Origin: Macrotis lagotis
Lineage: Eukaryota
Assembly: GCF_037893015.1 (NCBI RefSeq)
Contig: NC_133658.1
Coordinates: forward strand, 742,210,877 to 742,274,876
DNA length: 64,000 nt
Reading direction: 5' to 3'
Of the stretch, positions 36,130 to 48,342 are shown piece by piece; positions within the stretch are counted from its first letter, which is position 1, and each line of letters starts with the position of its first letter. Both the position numbers and the translations under genes were made by a program. The notes beneath the pieces were generated by a model. The model saw only the letters and a list, made by a program, of their open reading frames with translations, had not been told where the DNA came from and searched no databases.

Positions 36130-38900
36130 CACCTATATCATCTCCCTATATTAGAATATAAACAACTGATCTATTTTAAGTCTTTTATTATTTCTCACTA
36201 ATGTTTGCCTTTTTGTCTCTTACCTCCTGTTATTGCACTTCAAATTCTCTTTAGAACTCTAAGTTTTTCATCAGTGATATGTGAAAAGTTCTTTATTTCA
36301 TTAGAATTCCATTTTTTTTTCTCCCATAGGATTATACTCAGGATTTCTGGATAAGTTATTCTTGGTTGTATGACTATATTTTTTGTCTTATGTAATATTG
36401 TATTCTAAGCTCTCTATTCCTTTGTAAATCTTGGTTGTATGACTATATTTTTGTCTTATGTAATATTGTATTCTAAGCTCTCTATTCCTTTGTAAAGGTG
36501 GCTTCTAAATGTGCGTATTTTCTGACTGTGGCTCCAAGGTGTGTAAGTTTTTTCTGGTTGTTTGTAGTTTTTGTTTTGACCAATAACCTCTGGATCTTGG
36601 CTATGGTGTTTCTGGGAGTTCCCATTCTGAATTTTTTTATTCTTTTAGAAAGTGACTGTAGATTCTTTCTACTTCTATTTTGTCTTTTGTTCCAAGATAT
36701 CTAGGAAAGTTTTTCTTTTATGATTGCTTTAAATATGATGTTCAGGCTACATTTTTTTCTTGGTTTTCAGGTACTCCAATCATTGTTGAGCTGTTTTTGC
36801 TATGAGATACATATTTTATATTTTCTTCTATTTTCAGTCTTTTTGACTGTTTTAATATTTTTTATTGCCTCAAAGATTAATTAATTTCTCCTTGGTCTCT
36901 TATAATTTTCAGCAAAGTTTAATATTTTGTGTGTCAAGCCATTCATTTCCCATTTCCATTCTTTCTTCTATAACTCATTTCTTTTCTCATGCTCTTATTT
37001 CTTCTTCTTTTTTTTTTTTTTAGCTTTTTTTGCAAGGCAAATGGGGTTAAGTGGCTTGCCTGAGGCCACATGGCTAGGTAATTATTAAGCGTCTGAGATC
37101 AGATTTGAACCCAGGTACTCCTGACTCCAGGGCTGGTGCTTTACACTGCGCCCTAGCCGCTCCTCATGCTCTTATTTCATTGATAATAAAAATTTAAACT
37201 ACTAAACCTCTTGCTTCATCTCTTGAAGGAATTCTACTTGAATTTCCCCTGTGCCAAATTTTTCTTTGAGACTTTGCTTGTAAATATTTTAGAGGTAGTC
37301 TCTTTTTCTGAGTTTTTATATTAAGCATCACTATCACTATATTAAACATATAAATCTCTATATTTGATTTTTATGGTGTAATTTTTTTTTTTTTTTAGTC
37401 TACTCAATTTTTCAATCTACTTCCTGAATGTGGGCTTTGGGTTAGGCCAGGCTCTGTGCCTTCCAGAGAGAATGACCTCTGGTCTTGTTGCTGCTTTCTT
37501 GGGGTACTAGGTTATTCCAGCAACAGCTTGTGCTGGGGAACCGCAAGCTTCCAGTGCAAACCACTGCTAGATTGTACCGCTGACAACCAGAAACTGCCAG
37601 TTCAGAGGGAAGCAAGTGCTCCTTGGGCTTGGGTTCTTGTCTTGATTAGTCAGCACAAGCTTGACTAGGAGATGGGGGTCAGGGCTAAGACCTTGCTCTC
37701 TCTTCATGGATCAGTCACATGGCTGTGGCTGGTCCAGGCCATGAACAGTGGGCAGAGGGCATGCAGCCTCTTCTGATCCAGGAAGGCCGTCTGGAGGCAC
37801 AGGCTTACTTTTTGAGTTAGTCCTGGCTTCAGGACCCAGGCCTAGATGGTGAGCCACAAGGCACTCAGTCACCATTTCTTCTGGCTCTTCACCAGTCTGG
37901 CCCACTCTGTGATTTGAAGTCTCTCATGGCCTCAGTGCAGAGCTTCTCTGGGCCAATACTCTCTGTGGCCATTTCTGGCCAGACCTCTTTGTGTATCCCT
38001 CTTAAAAAAATGACTCACTCTCATTTTTCTTGGATTTTCCAATCAGAACTCAACAATTTGGTACATTTCCTATGGATGGGGTTGGGGAAGCCCAGGTATA
38101 TTGCTTTCTGATATTCTACCTTCTCCAGAATCTGCTTTCAATAAAATTTCAACTCTTGCCCCTTCTTAATATCATGGTAGTTAAAAAAGGATAGCTGTAT
38201 AAATAAAGTTTTACTTACCAATAATAAATAATTACTACATTACATAGATTATTAATGGAAAGAAATTTGCCTAATACTTTTTATTAGGCAAATATGATAT
38301 TAATTTTAAAACCTGATAAAGATAACACTAAAAAAACCCCAAAAATCAATTTCTCTAATGAATATACAAAAATACAAAAAAAATTAATACAGCAACATAT
38401 TAAGAAAATTATTTATCATGATCAAGTTGGTTTTATATCAGGCAAGAAAACCAATTTCTGAGTTTTGGTTAGATAATAATAAGAATACTACTTTGACTCA
38501 AGAGAGTTTTTGTGAACATACTTTATAAACCTTGAAATATAATAAAAAGTGAATCTTTCTTATACTATTCTAAATAAAATTTAATTTTAATTCAGAAAGT
38601 CTGTAAATTAATATCAGAGGCAAAATGGAAATGAATTTCACCTAAATAGGTGAATAAAATATGTGTGTTACTCAATATACCATTATTTAACTAAATGTTT
38701 ATAGGAGTAGAAAAGTGAGTTCATCTATCCAGACAATTACTTCCCTGAGATTCTTAGATTTTAGTATAACACTGAAATAAAAATATTAAGTACAGAGTAT
38801 ATATAACATGACTAAGAATGTGTTTATTTAAATATAAAATTATGAAAATTGATCATCAAAGATATATATATAATATATATATTTTATATCTGAAGTCTTG
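36130..38900 (+). mobile_element. L1 element fragment (5' portion through N-terminal ORF2/RT), interrupted by a SINE insertion at 37005..37166 (TSD CTCATGCTCTTATTTC)
   Basis: 38280..38470 translates to ..ILKPDKDNTKK.PKINFSLMNIYKNT.KINTATY..SSWFY.RQENQF.. = L1 ORF2 ..[59 protein letters not shown]..; 36355..36497 contains a ~70-bp internal tandem duplication. Confidence 0.7.
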
Positions 38901-39244
38901 AATCTTACAGTTCCAGTTGTTTTCTGTAGTTCAGTAGTTGATACCATTGTGTCAAATTCTCTGTCTTGAATTAAAGCATTTAGGATGGCCTGAAGGACAT
39001 TAAAAAAAGAGATATCTGATTACTTTTTTCCTACTTCACATTCCCAACCTCTTAGCCACTAATCACTTTAGCAGTGATTATCTCAATGATTAACAATTAA
39101 CAATCCTCTAGTGAAGATAGAGGCAGAAACACTTTCCCTTAGTTGGAAAACATATTCAGCAAAGGGTAGGATTTAAAAGCAAGTTATGAATTAGTTGGAT
39201 AAGATTCAGATATACAACTTATGCTTCTTTGGATCAATTCTGAC

Positions 39245-39415
39245 CTGTGTACAATGAGGAATGAATCCATACACAAGCAGTCTATCATTGTTAAATAAGG
39301 CCTGGATTTGTGTGGGAGCCTGCAGGGGCTCAGGTGAATTTAGATTCAGTTGTTGCCATTTGACAGATATAGAGCTGCATCCTGGAGAAAATACTCTTGT
39401 CATTTGGTCTTCAAT
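39245..39415 (-). CDS. PARP4: PARP4 exon (57 codons), post-vWA region
   Basis: acceptor ttttttctttgtaaacag|ATTGAA, donor CACAG|gtcaga, phase 0-0; IEDQMTRVFSPGCSSISVKWQQLNLNSPEPLQAPTQIQALFNNDRLLVYGFIPHCTQ vs human IEDQMTRLCSPSCHSVSVKWQQLNPDVPEALQAPAQVPSLFLNDRLLVYGFIPHCTQ. Confidence 0.9.
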
Positions 39416-39879
39416 CTGTTTACAAAGAAAAAAGGTGGATTATGTCTTATGTCTTGATTTTACTTCACGAAAAAAAGAACTTTTATCTTAATTTAAAACA
39501 TTTATATTCTCATGATTTTACAGTTTTTCCTTCTTGTTCTATACAGAAGGAAAACATTGGAATAAATTTGACAAATATCCTTTAAAATTTAATATTACAG
39601 TATCACTGTTACCCACTTTCCATCTGCAAAAGTCATTGCGGTGCCTTCATTAATTTCCCTAGTATGTAATCTTCACAGTAGCTTTCAGTTACAATATTCA
39701 TTCTAATAATACAGGTTTAATAACATTTAGTGTGGTGATTGTTATAAGGAATTTTATATGCTTTTTACCTATTATTTGCAGGGTAAATGACAAAGACTAC
39801 AGGGGAAGAGTTCTGGACAAGTAGTTTGGAGAGAAGGGGTCTAATTCTGACTCTGTGTCCTGGCAGGTATTTCCAGATA

Positions 39880-40060
39880 CACTGAAGATTAAGGAATAGA
39901 TAGAATGTGAGAAGTCATCTCTAGTTCAACCCCTTCATTCTACTGATTGGGAACTAAAGGTTCGGTTAAATGACATGTCCAATCACATAAATGACAGAAG
40001 GATTTGAACCCAGCTCTGGTGATACCCAATCAGTTATTTTTCCACTGTATCCCGAGTTGG
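39880..40060 (-). mobile_element. MIR-like relic
   Basis: ..ggatttgaacccagctctggtgatacccaatc.. Confidence 0.45.
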
Positions 40061-40559
40061 AAGAAATGACTACTATGGTTCTTTCTGGACTTAAATTTCT
40101 GTGTTGCAATGACAGGTGATTCAGGGAATTCACCTAGGGACTATTCTGCCCCCTTTCAAATTTTCTTTTCATTCTTTATGCTACAGTGAAAAAAGAGAAT
40201 TTGATTAACCTTTATTTTTCTGAATAGTAATCCTGAATGGTCTCTGTTTTACTTAATTCTTCTCTTAGGCTTATCCTGTTCTAAATGCACACAAAAAAGA
40301 ACATTTTGCTTTTCAAAACACAAAAATGAATTTTAAATTGCAATTTATTTTTATACATAACATGAGTAAAAGAGCTCAAACTTCTAAAATTGGAAAAGTG
40401 ATCCTACTTATAGCTATATTAATTTATATAATGATTTGAGACTGATAAAATGCTTATCTTACAAGATCCTTTAAGTTCTATGGTGCCCATTTTAATGAGT
40501 TTACACACTATTAAGTCTGGAATTCAATGCCAGGTCTTCAGATCACATGATTATAGATT

Positions 40560-40760
40560 TTAGTAAGAAGGTGGTTTCAGAAGTCATCTAATCCTTTTTC
40601 TTTCATATGGAAATTAAGAATGGTAGATATAAAGCTGAAAGAACTTTAGATACCTTCTAGTCTAACCCCTTCAGTTTTACTCTAAGGAAACTGAGGTTCA
40701 GGAAGTTTAACTAACTTGTACAAAGTCACTTTGGTAGTACCAGGCTCCCTAAGTCAGAGT
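40560..40760 (+). mobile_element. MIR-like relic
   Basis: ..ggaaattaagaatggtagatataaagctgaaagaactttagataccttctagtctaacccc..ggaaactgaggttcaggaag.. Confidence 0.5.
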
Positions 40761-41404
40761 TCTCTCCATCATACTACAAAGCATCCTTCCTAGTATTGCA
40801 TTATTCATAGTCAAGGTCTTAATTACACTAATTACAATGGACTCCAGAGTCCTTCCTTGCAGTTTATAGTAGTTACTGAGTAATGAAACTGATTTTTAAG
40901 AAACATAGAACAATGATTGCAATAATAATAATGTCACCAATATATTGCTTTAAGGTTTGCCAAGAGTTTTTATATGAACACCACATGTGGTTCTCAAAAC
41001 ACCGCCAAGTAATTATTATTCCCTTTGTATATATGAGAAAATTGGGGTTCAGAGATCAAAGCTTATCTAAATTTTATCTTCTCCAGGTCTTAGCACAGTA
41101 GAGATAACATAATAAACCTTTATAGAATAGTGAATTAGTATTTGTCTATGAAATTGAAAGGAAATCTTTAGAATAATGTCAGAAAACAAAATTAAGAGTG
41201 AAAGACTTACATGAATGATATTTGTGGGCATTTTTGTATTTATTAAGGACTAAAATGAAGTGATTTACTATGATTATATAATTAGAGCCCAGAGACTCAT
41301 TTCATTATCTGTTGTTTAAGATATAAAAATACCCATAATAGTTGTAATATTTTATATTTCTGTAGGTAATCTGAAAAAAAAGAATGAAAAGTGAAGAAAC
41401 TTAC

Positions 41405-41504
41405 CTGTTTTTTCCAACTATATTTAGATTTTGTATTAAAGTATTCAAATGCTCCAGCACCATACTGGGACAAAGCCCTCAGGATATGACGATTTGCTGT
41501 GGAC
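41405..41504 (-). CDS. PARP4: PARP4 exon, C-terminal part of vWA domain
   Basis: acceptor tttgatcag|GTCC, donor AAACAG|gtaagt; (G)STANRHILRALSQYGAGAFEYFNTKSKYSWKKQ vs human STANRHVLRILSQCGAGVFEYFNAKSKHSWRKQ. Confidence 0.9.
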
Positions 41505-42049
41505 CTGATCAAATTTTAAAGATTAAATTTTCAAAGATTCATGAAAATAATTTCAAGTGTATTTACAATGGAGCATGCCAAAGCTCAAAATGTCAACAAA
41601 AGAAAGCACATGGCATCAGCAGATGGTGTTGTGCCCCTATGGGTGGGTGGTTTTGGGATTTGCAATTCAAAGGAAATAAACCATATTAGGGAAAATATAT
41701 GTAATTTGAATTCTTCAGACTAATGGATGTACTGATCTTTCTCACCAAAGCAACTGGAAAGAGGTAATAACAGATGGTCTTTTGAGATCATACTTCTTTC
41801 TAAATAGGGACCAGTCTGTTTTATATCTGGAGATATAAGCTACCACTTATATCTATTCCTAACTAATGTCTATGCTTAACACAAATAGCAAGGGAAAACA
41901 AATATTTCTCCTTCCTCATCTTCTGTAACCCTGATCTCTCCAAGGTCTTCTCCAGCCTGACTCCTCCTTTTTAGGTTTCCCTTTGATGATTTGCCTCCCA
42001 TCAAAGAACAGCCTCTATTTTCTATCTTTCCAGCTTTCACTGATTCCAT

Positions 42050-42345
42050 AAGGGCTTTGTGGATAGAGCATTGTCCTTGGAGTCAGGAGGAGGGAATCTG
42101 ACCTCAGACTGGATGCTTACTAGCTGTGTGTCCTTGGCTAAGTCACTTAATCCTGACTACCTTGCATCCAGGACCATCTCCAGTAGTTCTGACTCATATC
42201 TGGCCACCGGACCCAGATGGTTCTGGGGAGGAAAGTGAGGCTGGTAACTTAGCACAGCCCCCTCATTCACATCCAATTCATGTGCTCGTTATGGCATCAG
42301 CTCCCTGATGTCATAGTCTTCTTTGAGAATGAAGGACAAACACTG
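42050..42345 (+). mobile_element. second marsupial SINE family copy
   Basis: ..ccagatggttctggggaggaaagtgaggctggtaacttagcacag...aattcatgtgctcgttatggcatcagctccctgatgtcatagtcttctttgagaatgaaggac, same module as 18155 and 50321. Confidence 0.65.
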
Positions 42346-42897
42346 ATTTCTTTACTTTTTGGAAGATATCTGTGAAAACCATCAATTTTTATCCTAATTC
42401 CCTAAATTTCAGTCCTGTGCCACCAACTGCCTGTTGGTCATCCATCCTTGGATTTCCTATTTACAAAATGATTTTTCTTGCACTTACCCAATGCCACATG
42501 TAAATAGGCGGGTATGTCTAACATTTCTTTTTACAATCTGCAATGTCAGGGATTCATTCTGGATATGCCCATCAGATATAAGAAGTATGTTGCGCATCCC
42601 TTGAGAAGGGTAAAGTAAGTTTAAAAAGTGCAGGGTTTTCCAGAAGTCGGTATTTCCCATAGTAGGTGTAGCAGACTGGAAAAAATTAAAAGAAAGTGGA
42701 TTTTATTCACCTTTGTAAACTTGCTTAAATGTTTCTTCTTTTAAGCATGTTCCCTTCTTTAGAGAGAGACCTCTTATTTTTTCACTGAATAATGTTTGCT
42801 GATATATCTGCTACTGTACTTACTATCATTCCATTTCTGTACTTTGAATTTATAAAAAAAGAATCCTCATATTTCCTTTTAGATAACTAGAAAACAG

Positions 42898-43063
42898 GGG
42901 TGGCTAGGTGGCATAGTGGATAAAGCACCGGCCCTGGATTCTGGAGTACCTGGGTTCAAATCCGGTCTCAGACACTTAATAATTACCTAGCTGTGTGGAC
43001 TTGGGCGAGCCACTTAACCCCATTTGCCTTGCAAAAACCTAAAAAATAAAAAAATAAAAAAAA
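42898..43063 (+). mobile_element. marsupial tRNA-derived SINE, young insertion with 18-bp TSD
   Basis: TAGATAACTAGAAAACAG present immediately before and after the element. Confidence 0.92.
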
Positions 43064-43282
43064 TAGATAACTAGAAAACAGCATTCTTTTTAAATATTAA
43101 ATTAAATGAGAATGTGTCCTCTTGTTACTATTTGTTTTTAATAGATCACTACACACTTAACTTTAAATGTCCACAAAAACAATTAAACTTACATTTACGC
43201 TAATTAAACTTTTTACTAAAATGTAAATTTATCTTTTCTTCAACTTATAAATTGTCCCATTAATATCCTCTACAGCTACTAC

Positions 43283-43441
43283 TTTTTTTTTAGGTTTTTT
43301 TTTTTGCAAGGCAAATGGGGTTAAGTGGCTCGCCTAAGGCCACACAGCTAGGTAATTGTTAAGTGTCTGAGACCGGATTTGAACCCAGATACTCCTGACT
43401 CCAGGGCCGGTGCTTTATCCACTACGCCACCTAGCCGCCCC
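43283..43441 (-). mobile_element. marsupial tRNA-derived SINE
   Basis: polyT + gcaaggcaaatggggttaagtggctcgcctaaggccacacagctaggtaattgttaagtgtctgagaccgg...; flank CTACTACTTT repeated. Confidence 0.88.
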
Positions 43442-43537
43442 AACTACTACTTTTTAAAGACAAAACGAAAGAGTTCCTATCAAATGCTATTTTTACTTGC
43501 TTTGTGGTTGCTCTTGTGGATGCAATCTTATTCTTTT

Positions 43538-43700
43538 TTTTTGCAAGGCAATGGGGTTAAGTGACTTGCCCAAGGCCACACAGCTAGGTAATTATTAAGT
43601 GTCTGAGGTCGGATTTGAACTCAGGTACTCCTGACTCCAGGGCCGGTGGTCTATCCACTGTGCCACCTAGCCGCCCCTACTGCACCACCTAGCCGCCCCA
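43538..43700 (-). mobile_element. marsupial tRNA-derived SINE with internal micro-duplication at its 5' (tRNA) end and TSD CAATCTTATTCT
   Basis: ...cactgtgccacctagccgcccctactgcaccacctagccgcccc (terminal ~17 nt duplicated); direct repeat on both flanks. Confidence 0.88.
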
Positions 43701-43826
43701 ATCTTATTCTAAAGTAAGAAAATAGGGAAAAAGAATTTCCCTTGAATAAAAGTCACAAGAGCTCTTTGTGGTTGTTAGTCTCAAGTTATAGACCAGGTGT
43801 TCAGGTCCCTTGTTTAATTGGCTTAC

Positions 43827-43885
43827 CTTTCCATCTGTGATTGACTCTGTAAAAATTATCTTGTTGCTATCTTCCAAATTTCTGA
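43827..43885 (-). CDS. PARP4: candidate PARP4 vWA-domain exon (3' end defined, 5' end uncertain)
   Basis: donor GGAAAG|gtaagcc; ..NLEDSNKIIFTESITDGK loosely matches human ..GSRNILLVSDGHLQD..; no clean phase-0 acceptor found. Confidence 0.35.
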
Positions 43886-44129
43886 ACTCTGCCTTCCTAT
43901 CTACCTTCCTGTGTCTATATAACCTTTCTCTCTTTCCTACCTCTTTATACAATGGTCACTGTCACAAACTTGGAAAAACCAGCTTCAAAAGTGTAAAAGC
44001 TACAGAAGTAAATGGGAGCAGGCAATTTAACAAAAACAGGGTTGTATGCCCAGGGCCTCAGAGACACAAAAGTGCTAAATACTGTCATTGAAATATCATA
44101 GGCAAAGATTCAGACATTAAGAAAGAATG

Positions 44130-44197
44130 TTTTACTTACCATAATGAACTCTCTCAGTTTAGGATTATTTATGAAGTACCGAGGATATAAAAATAAT
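44130..44197 (-). CDS. PARP4: PARP4 exon, vWA domain
   Basis: acceptor cattacacag|GT, donor ATTATG|gtaagt; (S)YTELFLYPRYFINNPKLREFIM vs human (G)YKELFSYPKHITSNTMAAEFIM; phase joins exon at 46763. Confidence 0.85.
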
Positions 44198-44549
44198 TCT
44201 GTATAACCTGTGTAATGAAATTAGTTTGAAACTTTTGTTAAATAATTATTTCAGTAACTTCTAGCACAGTTCAATTATATGGTTCTAGTTTTGTCATTTA
44301 AAAGTATCTTACATATTTGTTTATATACATTTATTTGATTGGATCTCACATTTAGAAAATTTTATATACATATATGGCATGAGGGCCTGTAGGTATGTGT
44401 ACAGAGGACCCATGGAGATCTGGTGAATCTGTTTCTAGAAATTCGTGATGATTTGGGGCTGAGCAAGAACTGGGAGATCATACAAAAAACCCTAAGACAA
44501 AAATTCATTTGTTTCCTTCCCACTGGCCTTGAGACATAGGGATGAGCCA

Positions 44550-45400
44550 TTCGTGGGGGGGTAGGGGGGAGATGTCCTTTTCTCTTCAGACTTCTATAGC
44601 AAGTCTCTTTCTGGGATGGGCTATTTCTTGTTTATTTTTCCTATCCATTGGTACAGGACTTTTTTGAGATTCTGAAAGGACCAGAGGTCTAGTGACAGAC
44701 TGCCCTATCCAAGTGTGCTGGCCCTGAGCTGGGCACCAACTCTGTCCTGAGGAACAACAAGCCTCAATCCAGTGGCAAATGTAAACATCCTGCAGGGAGG
44801 CTTTCCCTGCAACCCAACCCGAGCTGAAGGGTCCAGCTGGTCTTATCTTGAAGTAGTTGCCTCATTCTACCTAGACATGCATTCAGCAATAGCAGCTACC
44901 ATTTCTAGTGGGAAGCCAGCACAGACACCAGGTAACTTCACAACTAATCCCAGCAGAAGACTGAAGGGAGGTGATTCCACCTCCACTGAGCTGCTGGTGC
45001 CTCTGGGAAGGGACCAATCCCTCGTTCACCTCCTGGCCCACCCGCCACAAACCCTGAGAATGCCCTCCAGCAAGAAGACAGGCTCCAGAGGTCCAGATCA
45101 TGTTTTCAAATCATGTTACTCTTTTTCTCTTCTCCCCAAATTCTGGATAAAGTTGTGGAACAAGGTGTCCCCAATATGGGCTTTGTAATGATTGTCTTTG
45201 TGACGTCATTTGACTAAAGAACTGAGTCCAGTGGCTAGCTGTTTAAGGGAGAATCCACCAGGGGAGGCACTCTGAAGGCAGAGAAGGAGGCTCTCTGCCC
45301 AGAGGGGGTTCCTCCTTGAATCCTAAAGTATTAGGGTACAACCCTGTGGAGTTCCAACCTGCCAGAACCTGTGTGAATTGAGCAAGTGAGACTTTAGAGG
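44550..45400 (+). other. unclassified GC-richer element, possibly solo LTR or other TE remnant (hosts spurious ORF 44772..45188)
   Basis: abrupt composition change; contains perfect CRE palindrome TGACGTCA at about 45203..45210 and ..gcattaaaaaa just before a (GA)n tract; no splice-consistent coding. Confidence 0.3.
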
Positions 45401-45409
45401 CATTAAAAA

Positions 45410-45414
45410 AGTAT

Positions 45415-45469
<55 letters not shown>

Positions 45470-45810
45470 TGTTTATGTGTATGTGTGTGTATGTGTATAT
45501 AACAGAGAGATAGAGAGACAAAGATACAGAGAGTATGTGAGTGTGTGTATGTGAGAGTGTGTGACAGAGTGAGTGTGTGTCTGTGTGACAGAGAGATAGA
45601 GCATGTGTGTATGTATGACAGAGTATGTGTGTGTGACAGAGAGAATGTGTGTATGTGCATGTGACAGAATGTGTGTATTTGTGACAGAGAGAAATATAGT
45701 GTGTGTATGTGACAGAGAGAGCGATACAGAAAGGGAGTGTTGTGAGTGTATCTATGTGAGAGAGAGGTGGGGTGTGTGTGTGAGACAGAGAGAAATAAAT
45801 TAGGGGGTGG
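45410..45810. repeat. compound (GA)n then imperfect (GT)n/GACAGAGAGA satellite-like repeat
   Basis: (GA)~25 followed by repeated gtgtgt...gacagagaga units; ends with ..gacagagagagcgatacagaaagggag.. which recurs at 50778..50808; source of fake ORFs 45243..45813. Confidence 0.85.
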
Positions 45811-46762
45811 CAAAAGGATTCACCCTAGGATCCTTTCAATAAACAATTTTGTCAACACATTTATACCACAAAATCACTAATTTAGAATTATTTTGTAAAA
45901 CAAGATGTTTTAATGTTAAGTTTAAATGGCTCATTATGTTTCTGTTAAAGTAGTAGGACCCCCACTTCCCCCTCTGATCCTCCTCACTGCTCAGATTACT
46001 TGGCAAACACTAAGGCACAGGAGAAACTACAGGAACTCTGCCTCTTTCAAAGGAATGGGTATACAGATTGATGGAGCATAGAATTCCACTCTCTACTGGT
46101 CCATGCTGCTTGCCTCCTCTATAAAGTTTGTACCTGATCCTCTTTTTCTTATGACTCTTTTTTCACCATCCCCACCTGGTGTAGGCGATCTGGTTACAAA
46201 TCTTTTAATAGCATATGTTCCTCAAATAAAACTACAACTTCACGGTGTCCAGAGGTTGTTAACCTTTTTTTGGTCACACACCTGTATGGTATAGATTTTT
46301 GAAGAAATCTATGGAGCACTTCTTTGAATAATGTCTTTATATAATGGAAGGAAAAACTAAATTTAAATTAAAAATTAGTGAAAACAAAAATGTGATTTTT
46401 CTTTTTCCCATTTTTCATAGATCATCAAATTTATCCATGGACTCCAGATTAAAATTCCCTGTGGCATAGACCCAGAGAATCCCAGGGCTGGAAGAGATCA
46501 TGGTAGTCCTCTTGGACCTGAACCTGGACAGGAGTGTTCTTTATAATATACTCCATTCATGTTTCTAGTTAAGAGCTCCAATAGCAAGAACCCCCACTAT
46601 CTCTTGAGGTAGCACACTACACTTTCTGATGACTCTAATACTTGGGCAATTTTTCCCTTGTGAATTTACTTGTCAAGATAATTCATATCCTTACTTTTTA
46701 TTATTTTTACCTTTTTAATTTTAGAAAATCAAACTGTCAGAGCCTAAAATAACAAAACTTAC

Positions 46763-46958
46763 TTGTGCCAAATTTGATGATGTTTACTTTTTGCTTCTCA
46801 TGGACAAGCGACAGAGCATGTAAGGCAATTTGCTTTGCTTGCAGTAATTCTGAGCCCTCCATAGAATTGGAGCAATCCAAACAAATAATTACTTCACTTG
46901 TATGGACCTCCTCTGGTAGTATATTACTGAAATCTGGATGGAAGACAAGCATGCAGGC
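46763..46958 (-). CDS. PARP4: PARP4 exon, N-terminal part of vWA domain with MIDAS motif D-C-S-N-S
   Basis: acceptor ccctcttccttctag|GCCTGC, donor GGCACAA|gtaagt; ACMLVFHPDFSNILPEEVHTSEVIICLDCSNSMEGSELLQAKQIALHALSLVHEKQKVNIIKFGT vs human ACMLVFQPDLDVDLPDLASESEVIICLDCSSSMEGVTFLQAKQIALHALSLVGEKQKVNIIQFGT. Confidence 0.92.
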
Positions 46959-48342
46959 CTAGAAGGAAGAGGGAGACAACAACTGAAATGTAACAAGTGC
47001 ATCTGCGACTGGAGAAGAAATTATTTTACTACTAATAACCAATTATTAAATTGGTATCCAGACTTTTCTTCTTTATTTCTTATTTAAGACCAAGCTCTTG
47101 CAAAAAGTCAGTCTCTGAAGGACATAACTGATGGATGATATTGCCTAGCCCTCAAGGAGAATGCTCTTCAACTCAGGCAGGATCCCTCCCAACTAGGAAA
47201 CTTAACTTCTGTTTAAAGTGTAAAGAGAATTCATTCAGGGCCAGTTCTTATTCCTGGGAAATGGGGTCCTGTCCTTGTACCCCTCCATTAGAGTTTAGGG
47301 AGACTCAGCTCATGAAGGAGAGAGGTTTGAATGGAGACAGATTCTCCTGTCCAGACTGCTGGGGGCAGCTGAGTCTTATGATCAACTGTGCTGAGAGCAG
47401 GAGATGCTAAAGACTCCTAGCCCACATCCTCACTAAACATCTACCAATCAGAATTCATTTTTTCTTGTCAAGAGCATTCCCTTTTACAAATAAGGCACTC
47501 ATCTCTCCATTGGTTTGTCATTAGTTATCTAGAGAAATTACTGACCATTAATTAATGATTGCCAGCTAACTTAATTCATTATTAATTATGCAGAAATTCT
47601 GTCCCTTGGGTTTTTCATTTGTTAACATTATGACTTTCAGTTGGTATTCCCTTTAAAAATGAAAATAAATTTTACCTTACTAATTGAGGTATTGAGTCCA
47701 TAAAATTTCATTTTAAAGAATTGACAGAATACCACTTTTAAGTTCCAAAATGAAAAAGGAAAAACTAAGCTGAGCAATATAAGAAAGAAAAGAATTACAC
47801 AATAAAAATACCAGAGCAAAGTGACCAAAACCAGAATATGAGAAATTATTTCTCTCTTATTTAACAACTAATTATTAAATTAGGACCAAGGTTTTTCTTC
47901 TTTTCTCCTTCCTCATCCAGAAACCAATTGGGGTGGTTTATGTCTCCTAAAGATTTACTTAAAAATCTAAAAAAGGCAATAAAATAAATTCTAAGTTTGA
48001 ACTAATAGATATAATCAGTTTCTATTGTCTGGGAAAATATGGATACTCCCTTTTGTCAGACAAGTGATAAGAAAATTAATAAGACAAGATTAGGGTGACA
48101 TAGGTCACTACTCCAAGACCTCATTTTAATATAGCACACCTCCTCTTATAATCTTTATTCTCTTGTTGAAGAATCAGAGCTGATTTTTATACTCAGATGT
48201 GCCCTTTTTTAAAAAGACTTTATAAATATTAAATGTATAAGAAGTTTGGTTTCTTTTGGCTACTGAAGTGATTGAGCCTACTTTTTAGGTGTAGTCAATA
48301 AAATTTATTTTAAATTACCCAAAAACTTGATCTTGGAACTTT

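Noticed and set aside
44772-45188. 138-aa ORF on plus strand
   Set aside because: No domain similarity. Embedded in a compositionally distinct repeat-like block; treated as a TE remnant
45243-45813. ORFs rich in HTHT or SLSL repeats (also 35221..35493, 50608..50823, 61655..61876, 25632..25817)
   Set aside because: Translations of (TG)n, (GA)n or (CT)n microsatellites
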